This document shows, piece by piece, positions 1 to 7,560 of a stretch of 64,000 nt of DNA. The notes under the pieces are model-generated. The model ran no database searches. It saw only the letters and a list, made by a program, of their open reading frames with translations, and was not told where the DNA came from. The stretch is from an uncultured virus (IMG/VR IMGVR_UViG_3300031841_004526). Taxonomy: Duplodnaviria; Heunggongvirae; Uroviricota; Caudoviricetes. The first letter of the stretch is position 1. The number at the start of each line of letters is the position of its first letter. The stretch lies in the IMG/VR virus record IMGVR_UViG_3300031841_004526, one strand, 5' to 3'. The position numbers and the translations under genes are program-made.

Positions 1-9
1 CATTCCCAT
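1..9 (-). CDS. 5' end of an early gene running off the window
   Basis: Minus-strand TAGGAG RBS followed by ATG at 9, downstream of the promoter at 53-81. Confidence 0.5.
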
Positions 10-52
10 TTTTCTTTCTCCTAAACTTTCTTTCCTTACTTCTTATATCGGC

Positions 53-81
53 ATTTTACCATACGGAACTTTAGCTGTCAA
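53..81 (-). promoter_or_regulatory. sigma70 promoter TTGACA-17-TAAAAT
   Basis: Read directly on the minus strand; followed by RBS and ATG. Confidence 0.85.
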
Positions 82-101
82 GCGAAATTTTTTGAATTTT
101 T

Positions 102-308
102 TTATTCCCAATTTTTGTATCGCAACCGCAGCACACCAGAAGCGGCACGGATGCCATTTTCGATAGCTTCACGATCATCCCCCTCAAGGGTGGGGAGATG
201 CTGTTGAGCAACACGAAGCCAAGTCTGAACTGTAAAATTGTTCAGCTTGTGGAATTTTTCTTGCAATTCAAAAACACTGGGAACACGACTCATTTCCAAA
301 ACACTCAT
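102..308 (-). CDS. small early hypothetical protein, paralogue of 919..1104
   Basis: Start moved to the ATG at 308, downstream of the promoter at 337-365; shares W..VA.Q..P.L.G motif with 919..1104. Confidence 0.7.
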   Translation of the reverse strand: MSVLEMSRVPSVFELQEKFHKLNNFTVQTWLRVAQQHLPTLEGDDREAIENGIRAASGVLRLRYKNWE

Positions 309-336
309 TTCTAACTCTCTTTCTTTCATGCTTGCC

Positions 337-365
337 ATTATACCATAATTATCGTCATTTGTCAA
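337..365 (-). promoter_or_regulatory. perfect sigma70 promoter TTGACA-17-TATAAT
   Basis: Exact consensus on the minus strand. Confidence 0.9.
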
Positions 366-438
366 TAGGTTTCTTGAAAAAATTCTCGATTTTTGTGTCA
401 AGAAAATTTGACAAAACTTTTTCATTTTTCGGCACGTT

Positions 439-454
439 TGGCACGAGGTTTGCT
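439..454 (+). promoter_or_regulatory. sigma54 (RpoN) -24/-12 box TGGCACG-AGGT-TTGCT
   Basis: Exact match to TGGCACG-N4-TTGCW; intergenic. Confidence 0.65.
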
Positions 455-529
455 GGCTGTTTGCATAATTTAACCCGAAGGGTTAGCTAGTACAGGGGGG
501 TCAACCCCCCATAGGTGGGGAAAAGCGCT

Positions 530-859
530 TTACTCCCCCTCGAATGGGGAGGTTTCCTCCTCAGATAAGCTAGCATACTGAGCAGCCAACGCAGCCACCC
601 GTTCGGGGGATCCTGGTTTGCCTACTGGGAACCGCATACGATCTTCACCCCCTATAAGGCGGGGATCAGCTTTTGGGCTTTTGATTCGCAATTCCCGCAA
701 GCCTGAGCGTGAAAACTTCAATACCTTTTCACTCTGCACCATACCACCATCGGCGGTAGTCTTTTGGCAAGGAATGGCGATACCCTTCCAGACTGAGGAT
801 ACTTGATTCCAAGCATTGCGAGTGATCGGGAACTGCGACATCATTTTTTCTGTACTCAT
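530..859 (-). CDS. early hypothetical protein with a PGSPERVAAL motif
   Basis: TAGGAGA RBS and its own promoter; 109 aa. Confidence 0.75.
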   Translation of the reverse strand: MSTEKMMSQFPITRNAWNQVSSVWKGIAIPCQKTTADGGMVQSEKVLKFSRSGLRELRIKSPKADPRLIGGEDRMRFPVGKPGSPERVAALAAQYASLSEEETSPFEGE

Positions 860-863
860 TTTT

Positions 864-913
864 TTCTCCTAAGTGTGAAACCAAGTCTACCAAAATCTTT
901 TTGTTTGTGTCAA
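864..913 (-). promoter_or_regulatory. sigma70 promoter TTGACA-18-TAGACT plus leader GTTTCACACTTAGGAGAA
   Basis: 18-nt leader identical to 1111-1128. Confidence 0.8.
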
Positions 914-918
914 CCCCC

Positions 919-1104
919 CTATCGGGTGGCTAGCTCTTTTCTTGCATGAATCAAGGCCCGCATGACGGACAGTTGTTCTTCACCCCTCAGATTAGGGATG
1001 CGTTGTTCGGCAACCTCAATCCATATGTCTAGGACAGTGGTGGCCATATCTGCGAAATATTTAGCGTAGCAGTTAGCGGTAGGGTAAATCTTAACATTTT
1101 GCAT
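919..1104 (-). CDS. small early hypothetical protein, paralogue of 102..308
   Basis: TAGGAGA RBS then ATG at 1104. Confidence 0.7.
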   Translation of the reverse strand: MQNVKIYPTANCYAKYFADMATTVLDIWIEVAEQRIPNLRGEEQLSVMRALIHARKELATR

Positions 1105-1110
1105 TTTCAA

Positions 1111-1160
1111 TTCTCCTAAGTGTGAAACAGATTCTAACAAAACTTTTCCTGCGGTGTCAA
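1111..1160 (-). promoter_or_regulatory. sigma70 promoter TTGACA-18-TAGAAT plus leader GTTTCACACTTAGGAGAA
   Basis: Leader identical to 864-881. Confidence 0.8.
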
Positions 1161-1194
1161 CCCCCCTCGCTAGGGGGCTGGTTTAGATACTACA

Positions 1195-1722
1195 CTATGC
1201 CACGATCACCCCCTCCTCTGAGGGATCCCATAGGATCGTTGGGATTTTGCTGTTCGTCATGTCGCCCCGAAAGTAGATATCGTATCCTTCCGACTTGCGT
1301 TTGGCGTTTGATGCCCACCGTTTGACGTCTCGACTACTAGCAGTCTTAACTACTACCCCATTGGTGGGGTGTACGAAAGCGAAAAACAGAATGTCGAATA
1401 GTTCAGGCTTGACGCCGCAGAAATAATACTTTCCCGACGTTGGGCCGAGTAGACTAGACTTCACTTCACCCCGAACAATCCTACCCCCCACGTAGAGGGA
1501 TATGTCATGAGTATGAGCACAACCCCCCATATGGGCGGAGTCTATGCCGAATCGTTTCATATGATCGACAATCATAAGCTCAACGCTAGTCCCCCTATCG
1601 GTGGGGGACATTTGAGCTAGGTCGAAACTAAGCTCACTCTTTTGGGGGGTATATACTTGGTTGTCGCCTCGCTTGCTGGCAATGGCATTTTTTGCGTTAG
1701 CTAAATCAAGCATTGTAAACAT
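1195..1722 (-). CDS. putative PD-(D/E)XK restriction-endonuclease-like protein
   Basis: GTSVE...HDI...GEVKSS motif order; start reassigned to the ATG at 1722 after a TAGGA RBS and the promoter at 1752-1781. Confidence 0.6.
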   Translation of the reverse strand: MFTMLDLANAKNAIASKRGDNQVYTPQKSELSFDLAQMSPTDRGTSVELMIVDHMKRFGIDSAHMGGCAHTHDISLYVGGRIVRGEVKSSLLGPTSGKYYFCGVKPELFDILFFAFVHPTNGVVVKTASSRDVKRWASNAKRKSEGYDIYFRGDMTNSKIPTILWDPSEEGVIVA

Positions 1723-1751
1723 GGGTTTTTTCCTAGTGGTGATTTTTGTCG

Positions 1752-1781
1752 AGTCTACCATATTGTATCGGCAATCGTCAA
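1752..1781 (-). promoter_or_regulatory. sigma70 promoter TTGACG-18-TAGACT
   Basis: Same architecture as the other early promoters. Confidence 0.65.
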
Positions 1782-1924
1782 GCGGAAATTTCATATTCTT
1801 CCGAAATAACTTCGCAATGCTCACCGCAAGCGGGGCAGCATTGGGCATCGTCACGGCAGTATTCGCCGCAGCAGTCTGAAACGTATGCAATTTCGATTCT
1901 AGTGTATTCTTCGATTCTACTCAT
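1778..1924 (-). CDS. small Cys-rich zinc-ribbon-like protein (48 aa)
   Basis: SDCC...CPACGEHC; GGAG RBS before the ATG at 1924. Confidence 0.65.
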   Translation of the reverse strand: MSRIEEYTRIEIAYVSDCCGEYCRDDAQCCPACGEHCEVISEEYEISA

Positions 1925-1967
1925 TTTCGATTCTCCAAAAGGTTTCGTTTTCAATACTAGTGTATAA

Positions 1968-1983
1968 TGCAATCACCGTGCCA
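1968..1983 (-). promoter_or_regulatory. sigma54 -24/-12 box TGGCACG-GTGA-TTGCA
   Basis: Exact consensus about 45 nt upstream of the ATG at 1924; no sigma70 box seen for this gene. Confidence 0.7.
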
Positions 1984-2376
1984 TTCGGAAAAAAATTTTT
2001 TTGCCTAAAAAATAGGGGTTTTCGTATCGTATCCCCCATTGGTAGGTGAGGCATTTTGCTACAAAGTGTAGCTTTTTGCAATGAATTTTGCAACACACCC
2101 CCTATCGGTAGGGTAAAATTTCAGATTTTGTCTCATAGTTGGACAAATTGTAGTTATATCCCCCATAAGAGGGGAATAGAAGCTATTATCCCCCAAAAGG
2201 GGGGAAAAGCTGTTTAGCTTGTCGCTTGGAAGTATACCCCCCAAAAGTAGGGTAGGATAATCATACCCCCATTAAGAGGGGTGGGTTTTTTTGTTTGCCA
2301 CCATAGAGGGGATCACCCCCCCAAAAGCGGGGGGGCATCTAAACACAATAGGCACCCTCTCAAAAAATTAACCGAT

Positions 2377-2595
2377 TTAATTTATGTTTATGTTATCGGT
2401 ACTCTGTTTCTTTCGTGGCCTGCCCCTACTTTTCTTTACATTCTCTTTTCGTCTCTGTTGGCGCACCATATCAGATGTAACATTCTCACCACTAATTTTG
2501 CTCATTCTAGCAGCAATTTCTCTATCTGTCATAGTTCCCGCATTATCCTTTATAAACCCTCGCTCTGCAGCACTCCACTTCTTATAATTAGCCAT
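2377..2595 (-). CDS. small HTH DNA-binding protein with AT-hook-like RGRPRKK tail
   Basis: WSAAE..IK....MTDREIA pattern; AAGGA RBS; GGTGTAAT on the minus strand at 2647-2654. Confidence 0.75.
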   Translation of the reverse strand: MANYKKWSAAERGFIKDNAGTMTDREIAARMSKISGENVTSDMVRQQRRKENVKKSRGRPRKKQSTDNININ

Positions 2596-2620
2596 TTTAA
2601 TAGTCCTTACATTGACAAAA

Positions 2621-2628
2621 GGTGTATA
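2621..2628 (+). promoter_or_regulatory. putative late promoter motif GGTGTATA
   Basis: Same motif precedes many late transcription units. Confidence 0.55.
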
Positions 2629-2674
2629 CTATTTAATATAATACGAATTACACCAGTTTTTGCAAGGAGCTATT

Positions 2675-2821
2675 ATGACTAAATCGGTTGATTCCACACT
2701 TTGCGTTAAAGCCTGTGCCAATGTTGATGTAACTCAGGATCTAGAAAAATGTGAAGGAAAATGCGTCAGAGAATTACTAGATGAGCAAAAAGAAAAAGAA
2801 AACCAAAAAGAATCTAGCTAA
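2675..2821 (+). CDS. 48-aa hypothetical protein (MTKSVDSTLCVKAC...), not in the ORF track
   Basis: AGGAG RBS, ATG at 2675, TAA at 2819-2821. Confidence 0.55.
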   Translation: MTKSVDSTLCVKACANVDVTQDLEKCEGKCVRELLDEQKEKENQKESS

Positions 2822-3416
2822 CGGAGTAACAGAAGAAGAGTTTTTAACCGTTTTAGACAACATAAGCAAACGGCTAGGAAACAAATTCAAATTCGGCTAT
2901 CATACCTTTGAAGATATGAAGCAGCAAGCTGCAATATTTGCCCTAGAAGGACTAGAACGATACGACAATAAAAGACCATTAGAAAACTTCCTATGGACCC
3001 ATGTTCGTAACCGCCTTTTTAATTATAAACGAGACAATTATCAAAGGCCCGATAAACCTTGTTTAACCTGCCCCTTTTATGATAAGCACTTTCAAAAAAG
3101 CGACAGTCAATGCACTGAGTATAAAGACATTAGCGAGTGCTCACTTTACTCATCATGGCTCGAACGAAACTCGGCCAAAAAGAACATAATGAAACCAGTA
3201 GGAATAGACAGCCTTAGTTTTAATTTTGCCAATAAAACAGATGTTGACCAAGAAGTGTCCAACGAACAAATATTTGAAATTATAGAGAGCAACCTGCCCA
3301 CACAATATCGTGAACTTTATCTTAGATATCGCTATGGCGACAAAATCAATAAAAACGACCAAAACAAAATTGTAAATATCATACGTAAAATCCTAGAGGA
3401 AAATAAAGATGGCTAA
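2781..3416 (+). CDS. phage-encoded sigma70-family factor (probable late sigma) with a Cys-rich insert
   Basis: Region-2-like EDMKQQAAIFALEGLERYD..RPLENFLWTHVRNRLFNYKR; CxxC..C..C insert; region-4-like LPTQYRELYLRY. Confidence 0.7.
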   Translation: MSKKKKKTKKNLANGVTEEEFLTVLDNISKRLGNKFKFGYHTFEDMKQQAAIFALEGLERYDNKRPLENFLWTHVRNRLFNYKRDNYQRPDKPCLTCPFYDKHFQKSDSQCTEYKDISECSLYSSWLERNSAKKNIMKPVGIDSLSFNFANKTDVDQEVSNEQIFEIIESNLPTQYRELYLRYRYGDKINKNDQNKIVNIIRKILEENKDG

Positions 3417-4215
3417 AGTCCCCCGTAAACGCGGCCAGCTGTCACTAGACGAAGAACAATATATTAAGGAAAATTTCCAAAAGCTTAGTGTTAAAGATAT
3501 TGCCGCCCACCTAAACCGCACTACTGCACCAATCAGTAGATTTATCGAAGAAACAAAGCTAGATTTTATACAGGACCAAGAAGGCTATGACACCCTACGA
3601 ACCAAATTACACAGTAAGAATTTCTGGGGCGAAATTAAAAAACAATTTGATGAGGAAAGTGGGGAATTAGAATACTTTGAGAACACCTGGATTAATTTAG
3701 TCAAACAATTTAGGGAGGATGTTTTACCCGCCGAGGAACTCCAGATCAAACAATTTATAACCATAGACATTCTTATTAACCGCTCTATGAAAGAACGCAA
3801 ACGCCACATAGCCGATACTGAAAAATTACAAAAACAAGTTGATAAAGAATACTCTAAGAATGAAGACGAACGAGACATACAAAGATTGACCAATTTAGAA
3901 ACCCAATTGAGTTTTGCCCGTAATAGTATTGCCAACTACACAAATGAGTACACTAAGCTGCTGAACGAACAACAAAAGATAAGCAAGGACCTAAAAGCCA
4001 CTCGTGAACAGCGAATCAAGCGAATTGAGGATGGCAAGAGTAGTTGGGTGGGGCTTATACGAATGTTGGAGGATGAAGAACTACGAGAAAAGCAAGGACG
4101 AGAAATGGAAATTTTACGTATGGCAACAAACAAAGCTCAGAGTACACTTACTGAATATCATACTTATGCAGACAATGCGGTAGACAAACCCTTTTTATTA
4201 CCAGAAGATGCGTAA
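3409..4215 (+). CDS. HTH plus coiled-coil protein, possible terminase small subunit
   Basis: N-terminal HTH-like LSVKDIAAHLNRT; lies upstream of terL. Confidence 0.45.
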   Translation: MAKVPRKRGQLSLDEEQYIKENFQKLSVKDIAAHLNRTTAPISRFIEETKLDFIQDQEGYDTLRTKLHSKNFWGEIKKQFDEESGELEYFENTWINLVKQFREDVLPAEELQIKQFITIDILINRSMKERKRHIADTEKLQKQVDKEYSKNEDERDIQRLTNLETQLSFARNSIANYTNEYTKLLNEQQKISKDLKATREQRIKRIEDGKSSWVGLIRMLEDEELREKQGREMEILRMATNKAQSTLTEYHTYADNAVDKPFLLPEDA

Positions 4216-4471
4216 CTATAAAGACCCACAATACAAACTTTGGAGAGATCGAATTAAATGGTTGGACAAATATACGTGCCAATGGCCAGGTTGTAATATG
4301 AAGAAAAAATTGCAGGTTCATCATATAAAAAGATGGAGTGAATTTCCAGGGTTAAGATATCATGAACATAATGGCATTACCTTGTGTAGGCAGCACCATC
4401 AATTTATTAAGGACAATGAAGACGCTTATGCAGAAACCTTTTTTAAGATTGTTAGTAGGAGAAAAACATGA
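4208..4471 (+). CDS. HNH endonuclease
   Basis: CQWPGC...VHHI...NGITLCRQHH. Confidence 0.9.
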   Translation: MRNYKDPQYKLWRDRIKWLDKYTCQWPGCNMKKKLQVHHIKRWSEFPGLRYHEHNGITLCRQHHQFIKDNEDAYAETFFKIVSRRKT

Positions 4472-5043
4472 TTATCAATAAGAAAGTTAACCTTCACAAA
4501 TATAGATTAGTTCACCCAAAAACCGGTGAAGTACATCCAGCTGAAGATATTACGCTTGATCCTATCGAGGTAACATTCCAAGTATTAGATCAGGCCAAGG
4601 CTGTATTTGCTGTGTTTAAGGGAGTTCCTAGACCACTCCCTTTACTCAATGGGCCAGCTTTTGAGCAATTCCAAAAGGATGGTTCGCCAGAAGGCAGGTT
4701 AGAAGAAATGGTAACAAAATTTCTAGGTGATGATCCACAGGCGGTTCTACAAAGATTAATGCCAAGAACTCTAGATAGCGATCCTGATGGCCCTGGCACT
4801 ATTCTTTCTGGCATGTTAAGTGCTATGGGCATTAACTCCACACCTAATTGTTCGTGTCGCGCTCGTGCTATTCGTATGAATACTGAAGGGCCAGACTGGT
4901 GTGAAAATAATCTTCAAACTATTTTAGACTGGTTGCGTGAAGAGGCAAAGAAAAGAAAGTTACCATTCGTAGAGTCAGGAGCAAAGCTAATGGTGCAAAA
5001 GGCTATCTCAAAGTCTAGACGATTATTAGCAAAAAATAAATGA
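4468..5043 (+). CDS. hypothetical protein with a C-terminal GPGT..L...CSC...WC...W domain
   Basis: Coupled ORF; domain paralogous to 49497..49931. Confidence 0.65.
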   Translation: MIINKKVNLHKYRLVHPKTGEVHPAEDITLDPIEVTFQVLDQAKAVFAVFKGVPRPLPLLNGPAFEQFQKDGSPEGRLEEMVTKFLGDDPQAVLQRLMPRTLDSDPDGPGTILSGMLSAMGINSTPNCSCRARAIRMNTEGPDWCENNLQTILDWLREEAKKRKLPFVESGAKLMVQKAISKSRRLLAKNK

Positions 5044-5495
5044 GCTTGCCCACCATCATCATAGATACGAGAGAACAACAACCGTGGCAATTTCCTAATC
5101 ATACTACGGCTGTTAAGAAATTAGACACAGGTGACTATTCCCTAGAGGGACTAGAGAATGTACTATGTATTGAAAGAAAGAAAAACACTTCGGAATTTGC
5201 TAAGAATATTATTGAGAAAAGATATGATGACTGGACTATGAGAATGGCCGAGTTCAAACATAAATATTTGTTACTCGAATGTTCTTTAGCAGATGTATAT
5301 AGGTTTCCTGAGAAATCAGGCATCCCAAAATATTTGCTGAGCAAAACCAGAATTAGTTCCAAGTTTTTGATTAAGAAACTACTAGAATTGCAAATACTAC
5401 ATAATATTCATGTGTTGTTTTGCGACTCTTCTTATACAGCATCAAAGATAGCTGAAGATATTATGTACAGGGTATACAAAAATGAGCAAGAATGA
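5040..5495 (+). CDS. ERCC4/XPF-family nuclease
   Basis: IIDTREQ...GDYS...IERK signature. Confidence 0.85.
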   Translation: MSLPTIIIDTREQQPWQFPNHTTAVKKLDTGDYSLEGLENVLCIERKKNTSEFAKNIIEKRYDDWTMRMAEFKHKYLLLECSLADVYRFPEKSGIPKYLLSKTRISSKFLIKKLLELQILHNIHVLFCDSSYTASKIAEDIMYRVYKNEQE

Positions 5496-7512
5496 TAGTA
5501 TATTAGATGATGCATGGTTGGGGTTAGGGGACTTATCTCTTATAGATACGCCTAAAAATCCTATGATAGGGCGCAGAAAGTATGACATAGAACATCCTGA
5601 TTACCATTTGTTAAAAATAATGCGTAACCCTGATTATATTGGGACCACAGCGAAGTTATTATTTGGCATAGAGTTACATCCAATACAAATAGCTATCTTA
5701 CAAGAATTTTGGGTGCGTCCGTTTCCTATGTTTATTGCATCTCGTGGTTTCGGTAAATCATTTCTAATGTCTATGTACTGTATCTTAAAATGCGTATTTA
5801 CACCTGGTACTAAGATTGTTGTCGTAGGTGCCGCCTTTAGACAGAGTAAGATTATATTCGAATATATGGAAACTATTTGGAGAAATAGTCCAATATTAAG
5901 GAGTATTTTCAGTGGCAATGATGACGGTCCTCGCAGAGACGTTGATCGCTGTACAATGAGATTAGGCGATAGCTGGACTATTGCTATCCCTATGGGTGAT
6001 GGTTCTAAAATCAGAGGTTTAAGAGCGCATATTATTATTGCTGATGAGTTTGCATCCATATCACCAGATATTTACGAGACTGTCGTAGCAGGCTTTGCTG
6101 CAGTGAGTGCTAGCCCTATACAAAACGTAAAAGAAGAAGCCAAAAAACAAGCGATGAAAGATTTAGGTATATGGAACGAGGAACTAGAAAGTCTAACCAA
6201 GAAGATGGGTAACCAGGCTATTATTTCTGGTACAGCTGATTACGCATTTAAACACTTTGCTCAATACTGGAAAAGATATAGAGCTATTGTAGAAAGCAAA
6301 GGAGATCCTAATAAACTAGAAGATATATTTGGTGCTGAAGTACCTGATAATTTTAACTGGAAAGACTATAGCGTTATCAGAGTGCCATATGAATTAATAC
6401 CAAAAGGCTTTATGGATGATAAGCAAGTATCTAGAGCTAAAGCCACCATTCATACCGGTATATACAATATGGAATATGCCGCAGTATTCGTAGAGGATAG
6501 TGAAGGGTTTTTCAGAAGAAGTCTTGTAGAAAGTTGTGTTGTTAATGACAACAAACCAATTAAGCACTTAGATGAGACTATTGTATTTGATGCAGTTACA
6601 AGAGGTAATCCAAAGGCAAAATACGTCTATGGCATAGATCCTGCTTCAGAACAAGACAATTTCAGTATTGTGGTTTTAGAGCTACACCCAACACATAATA
6701 GAGTAGTATATGTATGGACAACCAATAGGAAAAATTTTAAAGAAAGACAAAAGCGAGGTCTGATTTCTGAACACGATTTTTATGGTTTCTGCGCCAGGAA
6801 GATCAGAGATCTAATGAAGATATTTCCTTGTGAGAGAATTGGCCTTGATGCTCAGGGTGGTGGTATAGCAATCGAGGAAGCTTTACACGATCCGGTTAGA
6901 CTACAACCAGGCGAACATTTAATATGGCCCATTATTGATTATGACACGAAGAAGGCCAAAGACACTGATGCCCAGCCAGGTTTACATATTCTGGAACTAG
7001 TTCAATTTGCCAAAGCTGAATGGACAGCTCAAGCTAATCACGGCCTACGTAAAGATATGGAAGACAAAAAACTATTGTTTCCTCGTTTTGATAATTTCTC
7101 CTTAGGTTTAGCAATGGAGAAAGAACAGAAAAATATTGCAGAAGATGACCTTAATCCTCTTTACGATAGCCTGAGTGAGTGCATACTAGAAATAGAAGAA
7201 CTTAAAGATGAGCTTACCACTATTGTTATGACTCAAACTAGTACCAGTGCTGGAGCTAGAGATCGATGGGATACTCCAGAAGTAAAACTAAGTGGTGGCA
7301 AAAAGGGCAGACTACGCAAAGATAGATATAGCTCTCTTATTATAGCGAATATGCTTGCTAGACAAATGACTAATGTTATAGCTCCTATTAATTATGAGGT
7401 AGTTGGAGGTAATGCGAGTAACGTTGGAAAAACCACCGGAGACATGTATAAAGGCCCAGACTGGTTCACTAGTGCAGCCAACGACGATATTTATACGGGA
7501 ATTTACAGATAA
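5482..7512 (+). CDS. terL: terminase large subunit
   Basis: Walker A ASRGFGKS, IRGLRA, Walker B IIIADE, nuclease YGIDPA and C-terminal KDRYS. Confidence 0.92.
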   Translation: MSKNDSILDDAWLGLGDLSLIDTPKNPMIGRRKYDIEHPDYHLLKIMRNPDYIGTTAKLLFGIELHPIQIAILQEFWVRPFPMFIASRGFGKSFLMSMYCILKCVFTPGTKIVVVGAAFRQSKIIFEYMETIWRNSPILRSIFSGNDDGPRRDVDRCTMRLGDSWTIAIPMGDGSKIRGLRAHIIIADEFASISPDIYETVVAGFAAVSASPIQNVKEEAKKQAMKDLGIWNEELESLTKKMGNQAIISGTADYAFKHFAQYWKRYRAIVESKGDPNKLEDIFGAEVPDNFNWKDYSVIRVPYELIPKGFMDDKQVSRAKATIHTGIYNMEYAAVFVEDSEGFFRRSLVESCVVNDNKPIKHLDETIVFDAVTRGNPKAKYVYGIDPASEQDNFSIVVLELHPTHNRVVYVWTTNRKNFKERQKRGLISEHDFYGFCARKIRDLMKIFPCERIGLDAQGGGIAIEEALHDPVRLQPGEHLIWPIIDYDTKKAKDTDAQPGLHILELVQFAKAEWTAQANHGLRKDMEDKKLLFPRFDNFSLGLAMEKEQKNIAEDDLNPLYDSLSECILEIEELKDELTTIVMTQTSTSAGARDRWDTPEVKLSGGKKGRLRKDRYSSLIIANMLARQMTNVIAPINYEVVGGNASNVGKTTGDMYKGPDWFTSAANDDIYTGIYR

Positions 7513-7513
7513 T

Positions 7514-7522
7514 AGTGTATAA
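7514..7522 (+). promoter_or_regulatory. putative late promoter motif AGTGTATAA
   Basis: Intergenic, before the portal gene. Confidence 0.55.
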
Positions 7523-7560
7523 ACCTTGTAATTCCATTGCAATCCTATTATAATAGAACT

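Larger units (their letters stand above)
181..2332. repeat. dispersed 14-bp palindrome CCCYH-N4-DRGGG, about 20 copies
   Basis: Strict CCC-N8-GGG at 181, 507, 536, 650, 984, 1163, 1211, 1356, 1486, 1593, 2100, 2161, 2191, 2239, 2267, 2319; variants at 595, 916, 1525, 1822, 2034, 2298. Confidence 0.85.

Noticed and set aside
2059..2244. 61-aa minus-strand ORF with repeated SPLLG/SPLMG
   Set aside because: The peptide repeats are a by-product of the DNA palindromes; no convincing RBS
2030..2335. CRISPR-like mini-array
   Set aside because: Repeats are only 14 bp with variable cores and irregular spacing (21-66 bp), and there is no cas operon
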